Shown here piece by piece: positions 15,401 to 28,064 of a DNA stretch of 64,000 bases. The translations under genes were made by a program, and so were the position numbers. The stretch's first letter is position 1; every line of letters starts with the position of its first letter. Origin of the DNA: Phoronis australis (Eukaryota > Animalia > Phoronida). The notes below the pieces were generated by a model that saw only the letters and a program-made list of their open reading frames with translations, ran no database searches and was not told the DNA's origin. The stretch lies in NCBI GenBank assembly GCA_002633005.1, contig NMRA01000007.1, positions 1,780,838-1,844,837 on the forward strand. Reading direction: 5' to 3'.

Positions 15401-18400
15401 GCACTTTCCCTCGTAACACAGTGCTATTGACATCATGCATCAATTAAAACTATCAATCTGGTAGCTGTGTTGCCCTCCACTTGGAACAGTTAGATGGATA
15501 TTCCATTACATCCTGTCTGGCTGTGCCTTTTGTGAAGGCTAAAATGACTCATTGTAGTCTTGTTTTAGTCAGTAAACCCCAACTCTGTAACCTGTCCAGG
15601 ATAGTTATTGTAGGATCTATAAATGATGGGAACTATTTCCCTGTTTTCCCTGGTTCAGTGACCTCTGTAGGCCACATAGTGCAAATATTCTACCCTGACT
15701 TGCTAACATTTCAAAACAAATGTTGAATAATTTGTAAACACTATCATCCTAAGTATTTTGCTTTCCAATTAGTTGTGTCTGGCCTATGACTCATGCACTG
15801 GCCACTTGAGATGGATGGCAGTCTGCACTTGTGGTCAGCTATTACAAACATATTGAAATTTATTTGGCATTGTTTCACCATGTTAAAAAGTTATTTCACT
15901 TTATTGAACATAATGTTTATTCGTAATTGAAATTTATTCTCTCTGTCTTCGCTTTTTAAGAAATTACATCAAATTGAAACAGTTGTGGTAATTTTATTAC
16001 GCACCATGTCTTTAAGTCAATATTGATCGTATATATTTCTTAAAGGTGCTATGTGGCCACTTCCTGTCTACCATTATGAAGTTGGTCTCAGCTTCTTCCT
16101 TATTAGGATGAGCAGTAATTTCTGGGATTGTGAACAACTGACAGTTTTTCTTCTTTAAAGCCAGGCTCGACAAGTTGAGTTGACAGCCTCATCAATATAA
16201 TTATACACTGAAAGAAATGTGGCTGGAAATAGGCTTGTTATATTGTCAAATGTTTCTAATTGGTACTCCAATAACAAATTTATCAAGGTTATTAGTTGTT
16301 ATGACTTCTGTCAAATTTACAGGTCTACTCCATGAAGGCGATGAGATTTTGGAAATCAATGGCCATGACATGCGTGGTAAAAACGTTAACGATGTCTGTG
16401 ACCTCATGGCCAGCCTACAGGGGACGCTGACGTTCTTGATTGTTCCGAACCCGGAGGCCTTTGCCAGGCCTTCTAGGTCAGACCACTTGGTGAGTGGAAA
16501 TTTTACCTTTTAGAGATTTTTTGATCCAGGTATTTGTTGGGGTTCTGGTTATTTTCTGTGGTGCAATTTCTCATTCATTTTTTTAAATTTTGCTATAACT
16601 CTTAAATTTATTTAGTCTCGAAAATTATCAGTTTGCCTGAAGAAAAATGACTCGTGAACGGTCATATCTTAGGCTTGTTCGTCTTTCCACAAGGTGCATA
16701 TTAAAGCCCATTTCGACTACGACCCAGAAGATGATCCGTACATCCCCTGCCGTGAACTTGGACTCTCCTTCGCGAAGGGCGACATACTGCATGTGATCAA
16801 CCAGGAAGATGCCAACTGGTGGCAGGCTTATCGTGAGGGGGAGGAAGACCAGGCTCTGGCCGGTCTCATTCCCAGCAGGACGTTCCAAGAACAGTAAGTT
16901 CTCTTTCGTGGCTACTTTGCAAATCCATGTGGATGTATTACATAAATGCTTTGTCTTGGTTCATCCAACTATGACTGGAGCAGCAGACCATGACATTTTA
17001 CTATGTCTTTCGTCTTCATATAATGTGTATCCCTGTCTTTTTGTAAATTAGAGAATCTGTTTTTTTTCTTGTCGTCTCCCCTCTCTATCTTGTATAAGAT
17101 GATTCTGTTTATAACGTTCTCTTTTGTAATAGACATCTCTGTATTGTTATCGTGTATTCTCTCCTTCTCTTGCAATAGAAAATATTTAATTTTCTTCATC
17201 TTTCATAATGTACCTTCTCTGTCTCATACGAGCAATGTTTTTTCTTCACAAGAGCACTAAACTGTGTATTCATTTAGTTGGTTTTATTTATTGTGGTATA
17301 GTATATTAATTTTAATCATTTCAACAAAAACATTCTGGCTTAGTTTTGTTTGGTGTCAGTTTCAACTTGTCGGTACTTTCTTGACATTCTCTTGGTTCTT
17401 TGTGTTCATCCGCACTGGTTTAGCTCCAGCCCATTTCGTTTGTGTTACAGTCTGACAGACACTCTTGAAAGAATGGGGTCGGGGTAAGACGGAATGCGCT
17501 CCTGACACCTAGTGTACAAACTGCTAATCATGTTGAAGTTTGCAACACCTCCCATGTTTCTCGCAGCTACACTTAACAGACGAGTGCATGGGGGGTCTAA
17601 GCATGTTCCGTGCAAAATTCAGCATGGCCAGCTGTTCAGTTCTCCATCTGTTGGCAGTTTTATTAACTTTATCACAGCTCATATCACTGACATTGCATTG
17701 AATAGTGCCATTAGATTTTGCCAATTTGTTTATCGCATTGCATTTTGTTTTTTATGTGGAGAAATGATTGGTGCAAAAAGATCACAATGAAGATTTCATC
17801 CATGTGAAAACTGAGAAAAAAATTACATTTGAAAATTATAATTGGTCACTTTGAGAAATTGCGATTTGCGGCTGGTTTTGAAAAAAAACAGCTGTACTTG
17901 AAGCTGCAAAACTACAGCTGTAAAGCATGTCTAGATGTGAGCTGCATTGAGCCGTTCATTTGTGTTAGACTTTGCTCAAGGTTTGTGCGATCACTTTAAA
18001 AGCATGCCCTGTGTTGCCTGCATGTTCAGTCACGATCAGAGTGGGTAAGACTTGATGGCTTTTGTTTCCTCGCAGACGAGAAGCGATCAAGCAGACGATC
18101 GTTGGTAGTGATAAGGATGGTAAGAAGAACAAGAAAATGCTGTGCGCTAAAAACAAGAAGCGTAAGAAGAAGAAAATGTACAATGCAGGCTCGACGGATG
18201 GTAGGTGTTGAGTGTGGTTGGAAAATTGTCTTATTACTTGATAAGTAAATATGAAACAAAATACTATTGTTTGTTTAAAAAAAATGGAATGGCCATAGTG
18301 AACTGACAGAATTTACTTAAACATGATTTTTGGAACTGCTTTCATAGTCTTGAAATTAAGTTTTTGAATTCTGCATAGGTAAAATGATTTAAGGCGTACA

Positions 18401-21400
18401 ATTATTCTCATCGCACCATAGGAGAACTACTTAAAAAGTTCCATCGTTTGTCCAAATTTAGTCTAAGTGTGAGGTCAAAGGTCAGGTGTTAAAGAAGAAT
18501 GCTAGGTAGCCTTCTTGGTTGGAATTTTCGAGTAATTTTCCCAAACTTGCTTGAGATTTTACTCAAGAATAATTGCTGCACACACTTTCCTGAGTTCTAC
18601 TCGGAAACTGAGAATTACTCAAGATTTCGAGTAATTATGGCTGAGTGCATTTTGGTATTCTCTAAAATATCAGAAGTTCCTCAGTCTGAGTACTTTGAAG
18701 TGTACTAAAAGGGACTGATTTAAGTTCCATGGTCGCAACCCTGGTATTGTGAGACCATCGCTGTCTATCATATTACTTTGTTGTGAAATTTCCGCTCCTT
18801 TGCACTACAGATTTAGATGCCGACGAAATCTTAACGTATGAGGAGGTGGGACTGTATTACCCACAGCCAAACAGGAAGCGGCCTATTGTCCTGATTGGCC
18901 CGCCTAACGTTGGTCGTCACCAGCTACGACAAAGACTGATGGAGAGCAATCTGGAGAGATTTGGTGATGCAGTGACTCGTACGTAGCTCTTCCTTGTTGG
19001 AGTTATTATTGTTTATTTTGAAGACTTTTTGTTTTCGTTATTTTTGCTCTGCCCGCCTGGGTTTGATCTCTCATTTACTGTAAAAATTAAGTTGAGTTGA
19101 GATTTTTCATATTTTTTAATTTATTGTTCATATATATTTGTATATCCGTTTTTGTTGAAACCATATTATTTTTGCAAGACAGTTTTTTCAAATAATAATT
19201 TTATTAGTGTAATGCGGTTGCAACAATGTATACGGACGTTTTACAGTCTTTTAAGATGTTACTGGTGTTTCTATTAACGCTGAATTTCAAGTTCAGTTAC
19301 TAATACGACGATACTAAGTAGATACTAAAACTAAGTAGTTGGGCCGTAACTCAGTCGACAGCATGACTTTAGTGTAGGAAAACTACCTAACAAACTGGCA
19401 TGTTTTGCATTGGCTTGGAAATCCTGTAGTTTATTTTTAGAATTAATGATGAATGAGTATAATCAACATTTTTTTGCAATCTGCCAAGGGCTCGTGTCTT
19501 GTGCTCAGGGAATAATTTTTTTAATACTTAGATAACATCTCATCCCTAACATTTGACAATGATATGCATAATGAACACCTGGCCATTTGGGCTCTAACCC
19601 TGCATTTTGGGGTAAAATATCTTGATGCCAGACACAGTTCGGTTGCGTGCATAACGTTCAATTTTTCTCATCAAAATTCTTTGACATCTAGCATAGCATG
19701 TAAATATCGCATGAGACTATGTTAATCACTTGTCACATAATTTGCCTTATTTTAACAGACTTGAAAACGCTTTGCATCACGCTCATTTCTATCTCTATTG
19801 TTTTCCATTTCATGTTTTCATCTTCTGAGTTTCTACTCTGACGTTTATTATTTTCTTATTATGGCCCGTTGTCATCATTTGCATTGTCAGTGGTATCACT
19901 GTTATATTTCATAACAGACAGTTCCTTCAGTCCCTAAAGCTCGAACTTGGTTAAAGCAACTGTCTCATCGCTTGTACTAGTATTGGACTATGTATTTTCT
20001 TCATACACAATCCCTGTCTCCTTTGACTGTTGGACTACTCCATCTCACACATGTTTATCTTGACCGTTCAGCTTACTCAAACACTGTGAGAAAAGATGGT
20101 TGATCCATGCCAAACTCGTTATTCTGGTTCATTTTTCTCTTTCTGTATATTAAAGTTGTTTGCAGTTCGAAACTTGGTTACGCTTTTGACACTGTAATCC
20201 CTGTGACAAATAATTAAGACAATATAAACAACAGCTGTGCTATAAAAAATGAAATTGTACTAATAGGCTAAAGTAGATTTTTTCATAAGTGGAGGAACAC
20301 CTTGACTATTTTGTCATGCCACAAATCTCTGTGCCATCAGCCAATTCGTCTCATTTCCACGCTCACTCCACTTCTCTGTGCATGTGTCACGCGTGCATGC
20401 GATAACTGCATGAGTGGTTTTTCTTCTAGACACCAGCTGTCCTCGCAAGGAGTACGAGGTGGATGGTAGGGATTACCACTTTGTACAGCGTCACGTGATC
20501 GAGGCTGATATTCTGCAGAATAAATTTGTAGAGCACTACACTCTCGATAAGAATCTGTACGGGATGAGTTTGGAAGCTATACGTCAGGTCGCCAACTCTG
20601 GGAAGGTGTGCGTCCTCAACTTGAAACCGCCGGTGAGTTGACGACGTGTTACATAATAACGATAACTGCCTGTGCAGGATGTGCCTGGAAACGATGTGGC
20701 AGGTTGCCAGTTATGGGAAGCTGTGTGTTTTCAAAATTAAATTGTGTTCACATGATCATCTTCAGGTTGGAACTCATGTTGCAAAACATGCAAACATTTT
20801 GAAAATTGTGAGGCTGAACCTGTAGTTTCTTTCCAAGACAAAAAGTGCTTATAAGCAATTACTGGATTTTTGTTTCATGATTTATTGCAGGCGTTGAAAA
20901 TACTAAAGGCATCTGACCTGAAGCCTTATGTTGTGTTTGTGGCGCCACCTAACCTGGAGAAGCTTCGAGCAAACAGAATGAAGGCTGGAATAAAGATGAC
21001 GGTACATTGTTTAGAGTTGGACTGAATGTCCGTCTGGCTTGACCAATCAGACCACAGTTGCTGTTAGTCCAGATATTGTGACCTATCATGAACATATCTG
21101 TTTACGCTGCGAGTTTTAGGGTTACAAGTTTCAACCAAGATGGCATTGTCGATCTTTGTTCATTGATTTGTTATTTGTTGATCACAGTAGCATGAAAGTC
21201 ATTGAAACACACTGAGGTTACCTTGTGCGTGTGACAACTGAATAATGAATTCAGAAATGATAAAAAAAATGATGGACAATTCAGTAGCTTGAAGCTTTTT
21301 TCTCTGGAGAAGTGGTGGTTTAGTCTTGATCAACGTAAAACAGTTATACTAAGTACTGTTTGTAGACATTAACACTGGTCTCATTGGTCAAGTGTTGGAT

Positions 21401-22673
21401 TGAAGTTGATATGAATTGATAAACCAGTAGTATGCCATGTGCAGAAAAGTAGTGCGCATGTCAGGATGACATTGAAGCATGTTTTGGGATTGACCCGAGT
21501 GGACCATGAAAATGTCCAGTTTGTGAACTTTATTAACAAAGATGAAAGAGAAAATTTGGCAGAAGTAGGCGTAGCGGGGGCTGTCATAAACTAGCTGTTT
21601 GAAGGATGCGTCATTGCGGAGTTCAAACGTTGGCTGCGGTGGGGAAATGTAAGCACAAATTGCATCAAACTTAACTTTTTGCAAGGTAAATACAGCTGTG
21701 CGAAGAGTGCCTTATCCGGATAGAGCTTCATTTTGTTTGTGTTCGATGTTGGTGCCCAGTTTGGAAATTAAATAAATATTGAAAACCCAAAATTAGCACA
21801 AAATTAGAGTTGTTCAATTTACTGTAAAACATGAATGAAAACTGACATTTTCATTTTTAACTCTTTTTATTATTTTTTGATAAATTCGATGATGTTTACC
21901 AAATCCAACAAAAGGCATTACATGAACTATTTGCATTCAAAATGGTGGAGTGTCTGGTTCAAGACGTGCACCTGTCTCAGATTCTTGGAAAAAAAACTTG
22001 TTTTTTGATAAATACGGAGGGTCGAGATTCCAATTTTCAAATGCTATACAAGGCATGCGTGTGTCAATGAAGATAAAAACAACATCACATTTTCTTTTTT
22101 TCTAATAATTTAGTCAAAATAATCCCAGAACTGTCCCGATAAGGGTACTTGGCTTTTAATCGCTGTAATATCAATTATGGAAGTGTGATACGGAATCACT
22201 TCTGTTCGATTATCAATGCTATTTTTTCCTTAAGATGCTGTTGTTTCATGTTGTTATTCAAACATCCAAGGACACGACAGATAAATACGGCGGTGCCTTC
22301 CATCACTACGTTATCAAGTCACCATTATTTTCCGATCAGTGCAAGGTGGTTACGCGGGTCTATCCCATGAGGCACCACGGCACGAGAGGGCGCACCTTTT
22401 AAAATTTCAGATCTGCACTTTGTATATTGACTTTTGCTGCTGGTCTTCACACTGTCAGTTTTTGAAGTGGTTTTAATGTGAACATTATTTCAGGAGGAGG
22501 GTCTGCGGGAAGTTATAGAGAATGCACGGATGATGGAGGAAAACTATGGGCATTATTTCGACATGATTCTGGTGAATGGTGATGTGGACAGAGCTTTTGA
22601 TGAACTCTTGGCAGAGATCAATCGGCTTGAGGTAGAACCACAATGGGTGCCAGCTCAGTGGATCAACAATTGA
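6456..22673 (+). CDS. MPP5: MAGUK p55 subfamily member 5 / PALS1 / stardust-type polarity protein (5' start uncertain)
   Basis: Phase-consistent GT-AG exons: 6456-7331, 12364-12656, 13534-13683, 14027-14102, 16323-16489, 16694-16893, 18076-18200, 18811-18978, 20430-20632, 20891-21001, 22494-22673(TGA). Encodes Par6-binding ECR1 motif [10 protein letters not shown]27 region, PDZ ([39 protein letters not shown]), SH3 ([26 protein letters not shown]), basic HOOK and GK ending EPQWVPAQW. First in-exon ATG is 6563; an upstream exon is likely. Confidence 0.93.
14736..14907. mobile_element. Short GC-rich MITE (CAGGGGCGGATCC-type ends)
   Basis: 5' CTATGGCGGATTTAGGGGGG and 3' AATCCTGGATCCGCCCCTG are imperfect inverted ends; GC-rich island in an AT-rich intron. 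Confidence 0.6.
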
Positions 22674-23530
22674 GCCTTGGGTACGAGGCGGCATAGTGAA
22701 TTTTGAGGCTGAGCCAGTTTTGTTCCTGATAAAGAAGAGCACTGGAAAAAGACCAAGCATGTACTCTGCTGATNATACGGAGGGTCGAGATTCCAATTTT
22801 CAAATGCTATACAAGGCATGCATGTGTCAATGAAGATAAAAACAACATCACATTTTCTTTTTTTTCTAATAATTTAGTCAAAATAATCCCAGAACTGTCC
22901 CGATAAGGGTACTTGGCTTATAATCGCTGTAATATCAATTATGGAAGTGTGATACGGAATCACTTCTGTTGGATTATCAATGCTATTTTTTCCTTAAGAT
23001 GCTGTTGTTTCATGTTGTTATTCAAACATCCAAGGACACGACAGATAAATACGGCGGTGCCTTCCATCACTACGTTATCAAGTCACCATTATTATCCCGA
23101 TCAGTGCAAGGTGGTTACGCGGGTCTATCCCATGATGCACCACGGCACCAGAGGGCGCACCTTTTAAAATTTCAGATCTGCACTTTGTATATTGACTTTT
23201 GCTGCTGGTCTTCAGTTTTTGAAGTGGTTTTAATGTGAACATTATTTCAGGAGGAGGGTCTGCGGGAAGTTATAGAGAATGCACGGATGATGGAGGAAAA
23301 CTATGGGCATTATTTCGACATGATTCTGGTGAATGGTGATGTGGACAGAGCTTTTGATGAACTCTTGGCAGAGATCAATCGGCTAGAGGTAGAACCACAA
23401 TGGGTGCCAGCTCAGTGGATCAACAATTGAGCCTTGGGTACGAGGCGGCATAGTGAATTTTGAGGCTGAGCCAGTTTTGTTCCTGATAAAGAAGAGCACT
23501 GGAAAAAGACCAAGCATGTACTCTGCTGAT
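22012..23530. repeat. Near-identical tandem duplication, 22012-22773 and 22775-23530, joined by a single N
   Basis: Both copies begin ATACGGAGGGTCGAGATTCC and end CTCTGCTGAT; only scattered substitutions and a small indel differ. Confidence 0.95.
23251..23430 (+). CDS. MPP5: Second copy of the MPP5 terminal exon (likely allelic duplicate from assembly)
   Basis: Same peptide as 22494-22673 ([35 protein letters not shown]), with a synonymous CTT/CTA change; lies in the second half of the duplication joined by N22774 and is contiguous with the downstream 3' UTR. Confidence 0.8.
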   Translation, partial: EEGLREVIENARMMEENYGHYFDMILVNGDVDRAFDELLAEINRLEVEPQWVPAQWINN

Positions 23531-24831
23531 AAATGTGCCAAGAGTAGTAAACTATGACAAGAATGTTTGATCTGTACAGATGTATTTTCATACACTAGAC
23601 TGCTGTTAAATTTGTCCTGCCAAAATGTGTTTTTGAGTATATGTTAAACAGAAAGGCGTTAGCTGGTCTCATGTTATGAAACGAAATTACTAGTAGATGT
23701 TTGATGATGTGGAGAAACAAATACCCAGGGGCACCTTGGGAAGTTTTGATGAGTGAGGTCTACTTCCTATAGTAAACAATAGCTGTATCTGACGACCATT
23801 TATATATACCCTGCTGTAAGTTTTCTCCCCGACTATCTACCCTATGACTGGGTCCTTTTGCTCACCACGTACCTTGACGTTTTTTTAAGCATATTTGGTT
23901 GAATGATGGCATTTTGTAGTATTCAATAGTTCAATACAGAAAGGACCTATGATATAGTTTTCCCTCAAAAGGTGGCGCTGTTAGCAGTATCCAAGTAACT
24001 AGGAGCAAGCTCCCTGGCTTAGTAACACACCCACTCGAAACTTTACACCTGGTGCCTCTGGAGACAATGTTCTTCAAGTGTTTATTTAAGCTGAGACACA
24101 AGTAGAAGTTGGAAACATATCATTCACAGAGTTGTTAATGAGTTACTTCTTGTTATGTAGATGTAGCAATAACGGTATGAGGTGGTTATTTCCCGTGTAA
24201 ATAAAGCAATACAGAGGGCCTGACGGTGGGGCATATCAAACTACAGTGTTTTCTGCAAAAGAATTAACAGCATTTACGTACCTTAATTATTATTATTATT
24301 AAACTGCAATGCTACAACCGACCCTGTTTTTGTAAATCACATATCACAGCACTGTCCAAATTTTGTTGTTTTTTATTTACTAACAAATTACAGAGTATAT
24401 TTTTGAGTGTGTAAGGTATACAGTTATTTTTTCAGTTCACACAAATAGTACCTTGAACTAAGCTGATCGGACATTATATAAATGTGTAAAGTTCAAGGGT
24501 AAATGTATATGGACGTATTCCCATATGCTTCTTGACCACGTCAAGTTGTGTATGTCTAAACGCTGGTCTTACACTGGCAACATTTAATTGAACTTACATA
24601 TATTCCATTCCTGTCTGAACTTATTATTATTACTATCACTGATGCTTGTCATAATTACAATCTTTGATTCAATTAAATAAGGTTTGCCGTTTGCCTAAGT
24701 CTTTTCCATCAGTGATCAAGTATATAAGCTATCCTGATGTCATTAATGAACTCCGTTGCACCTGCCATTGTTATTATGAACAGGCAGGAACCAAGGATGT
24801 GTTAGGTAGTCCTCATTACTGGAGGGAGAAA

Positions 24832-25068
24832 CATGCGCGCACCCACGGTGGACTCCCCCATTTGGCAAAGTGGGCAAAAAGGTTCGCCTCAGAGAAACAA
24901 AAAGTCCAAAAAGTAGAAAAACGAGATAAAAGTCCACTAAAAAGGCAGGAACTACCAAAATTCGGCGAATCCACAATTCATAGCTCTGAACGTAGCCCCC
25001 CTTTTTTAGTAAAAGGTCCACATTCTCAAAAATTCGAGCCCCCATTTTTTAGGCTGGGTGCGCGCATG
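24832..25068. mobile_element. MITE with 14-bp perfect TIR in the presumed MPP5 3' UTR
   Basis: CATGCGCGCACCCA ... TGGGTGCGCGCATG, with GAGAAA directly repeated on both sides. Confidence 0.8.
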
Positions 25069-25180
25069 GAGAAAGTTGGTGGTCGTGTACATTGCTGCTT
25101 ATGCATGCTTGTGTTTGGCAGATTTGTGTGATCTCACCAAACCGAATTAACTTTGGTAAACACACCCTGGACTGAGTCTG

Positions 25181-25469
25181 GAGTCTGTTTCATAAAAAGT
25201 CGCTCAAGACTAAGACTGAAATTTGGTCTCCCGCTCCACATAACTATTTCTGAAAAAATGACCGAAAAAATTAATTAAATCTAACTTTAGCGTATGTGCT
25301 AAGTCTGTGAGAACATACACACAACTGCTGCTTTCTGAGATATTTTTTTACAAATTATTTCTAGATGGTGATGCACTCATTACTTGACTAACCTTTTTTC
25401 ACCAATTGTATAGTGGGAGCTCGAAACCAAATTCCTGTCTTAGGTCTTAAGTTACATGATGCAGACCTC
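25181..25469. mobile_element. Degenerate inverted-repeat element (MITE-like)
   Basis: AAGACTAAGACTGAAATTTGGTCTC..GCTCC at left is the inverted counterpart of GGAGCTCGAAACCAAATTCCTGTCTTAGGTCTT at right. Confidence 0.55.
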
Positions 25470-26444
25470 TGATGTGATATCATGTCAACTTTGTTGGTGC
25501 TTTATAAAGTTAACCATTTGTGTGCAGAAATCCAGCCATAATTTTGTGTATTTGTTGGGTGTAGCCTTATGTTACAGTATTGTTTTGTCGTATAATTTAT
25601 TTATCATCATTTATACATATCATTAGTCCAGCAATACTTTGTGTGGTGACATATTAACATGCTCAGGTTGTTATTTGTTAGATAAGATAACATAGAGATT
25701 AAAATTATTTCGTTATGCTTTCAGTAGTCATGGTTAATAACACCTAGGCCAGGGGTCTGATCTTCGTATTCCAAATTGGACTCAAAATTATTTGTTACAT
25801 TTTCCGTTCTTCTCAAATACGAATTCAGAATAAGTGTCAATTATTCTGCGGTAGAGTTCTCTATGATGACTGTGTAACCCCAGTTTGCACTTAACTCCAC
25901 ATTGAAGCTATAAGGTTATTTTTTTACTCGAGTTCGTAACTTGAATTTAGGGGTCTTCAAGTGCTAACCGTGAATAAACGCTAATTTACGCAAACTATAA
26001 TGTACTAGAGCACTTGAGTTTGTATTTAAGCAGGTCGAAAAGACATAACATAGCTTTTTGAGTGCGATTTTGAGTTTGGACAAGGTAAAACTGGCACCTG
26101 GTAATAGCACAACAAATTGTCAGGTGAGGTGGGCAGATTTCTTTTGATTCCCGGTTCCTTTGGTGGTCTCATTCAGGTGTTTGAGAATGTTCTTGTGTCA
26201 TGTTGATGACCTCGTTGTTCCGTTGTGGTATTATGTTGCCATAGGTACAGTTTGGAATTCTCGCAATGATTTGAAAGAACAGATTATAAATTTACACCAC
26301 ATCCAATATGCACTTTATGCAACACAATTTCACATGCAACTCCCAAATGTTGAGGTTTTTTATTAAGGTTGACTCGTGTTAATTATTAGCGTAGGTTTTA
26401 ATTAACCACATAATCTGTACAGAACATTTCATAAGAGAAATTGT

Positions 26445-26450
26445 AATAAA
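26445..26450 (+). terminator. Candidate polyadenylation signal of a long MPP5 3' UTR
   Basis: AATAAA followed by a T/GT-rich tract (GTATTTTTGTTGTCT); no transcript evidence available. Confidence 0.4.
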
Positions 26451-26521
26451 AGCTTTGAAAGATTTCGAGATGTATTTTTGTTGTCTGAACTTAACAAACA
26501 TTCATAGTTGACTTGCTTGTA

Positions 26522-27149
26522 CAGTCAAATCGCGTTACAATGAAACCTGTTTGTATCGTTCGCTTGCTTATAACGTTCTTTTCCATTTTTTCAAATTGCT
26601 AAATAAACGGTTTACTCTTCACTTTTTTAACTAACACGTAGTGTACAATGTTCACTCAGTTAACCAATAGTGAACCACGTGCGAGTCGAAAAATTGATCA
26701 CATGCAGACTCCATATATTAATTTTGTATTCGTAAACAACGCGCGATATGCAGGCACACAGCTAGACATGCGGTTGGACAGCCTTTCATTCAAAAAAATG
26801 GCTATGAAATGGTATTAATAACTATTACACAGAACTTTGTTCAATGTCAGCAAAAATTCAACATACGTTTGCCTTCACCTTCCTCCGAGTTTTACTGTGC
26901 ATGTACAGTGGACCATGTTAATTTCTACCACTTAAAAGACAACACTACTAGTATTCTAGGGCTTTACTTTCTCTCAAATATAGATTTGGTTACAGCAAAT
27001 CTAAGTTACAACAAAGTCTCCGATAGGTCCCAGGAGGTTCAGGCAATAGTCGTATACAATGTGCCTGTATATTGAGAACCAGTTCTCAAAAATATGGACA
27101 CGTTATATCCAACCATTACGGGAGGTTCATTGTAACAAGGTTTGACTAT
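26522..27149. mobile_element. Tc1/mariner-pogo-like non-autonomous element
   Basis: TA|CAGTCAAATCGCGTTACAATGAA at left and TTCATTGTAACAAGGGTTTGACTA at right are inverted; a related end TACAGTCAAACC occurs at ~39712. Confidence 0.6.
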
Positions 27150-28064
27150 CCCACATAATGCAGTGGTGACGTCATGTTTGAAGGACGGTTCAAAACATAC
27201 CGTACCAAGGTTAAGGTACAACTGAACTTCAAAACTGGAATAAAACAAGTTCGCTGCTGATATAAGTAACACATCAATCACTGAACCTCACTTCATCTGT
27301 AGTTAACATTGACAACAAGGAAAGCAGAACTCACCTTGTTGGAAAATAATTGATATCCCAGTAGAATGAATGTTCATAACAGGCTCTATTAATAATATAT
27401 ATCAGCAATAAGATACTAAAGGAGAATCAAAGCACTTGAAAAATCAAAAGCTTACAAACCAACCATATTTTCTTCTTCAATGATGACTGGACAACTTCAT
27501 AGAAATCAGACAGAAACTTGTGAGATTTTTCAAATATTTTTTTACTCATCTTGGTATGTTATTGAATATATATGGTAAAATTTTTTCAATTTGGGGCAAA
27601 AATAATTGCTAAAATTGTCATTTCTATTTCTCAGATCCTTGCATTCTTTCAAATGCTCGAAAATTCTCCAAATGTTTAGTAATAGCCACGCCATACTAAG
27701 CATGACAGAAGCAAAGTAAATTTTCATAAAAAGTTAGTTACTTTTGTTGAGAAACTTGTGTCCCAAACAGATGTCTTGTTAACATAAGAAATTTTCATGT
27801 TAAAAAAATTCCAGAAAGTCTGTATCATTTTATAGGCATAAAACACACGATGCAGAAACAAATAATCTTAACTAGCGATACAAACAGCAAAGCCCTTCAC
27901 AGCACGGTTATTTGAAGCCTTTAACTGTTAAGGGCTGCAACTTTCAGCTCAACTAGTGAAACAATATTGGCATCAGCTTGAGTAAAAGTAATGCAACAGA
28001 ATGAATACTGAGCTCCACAACAAACCACATGTCTGTCATTACTGATGGATGGCAAACAATCAAC

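Noticed and set aside
24664-25131. 155-aa and antisense 100-aa ORFs
   Set aside because: They span a MITE in the presumed 3' UTR.
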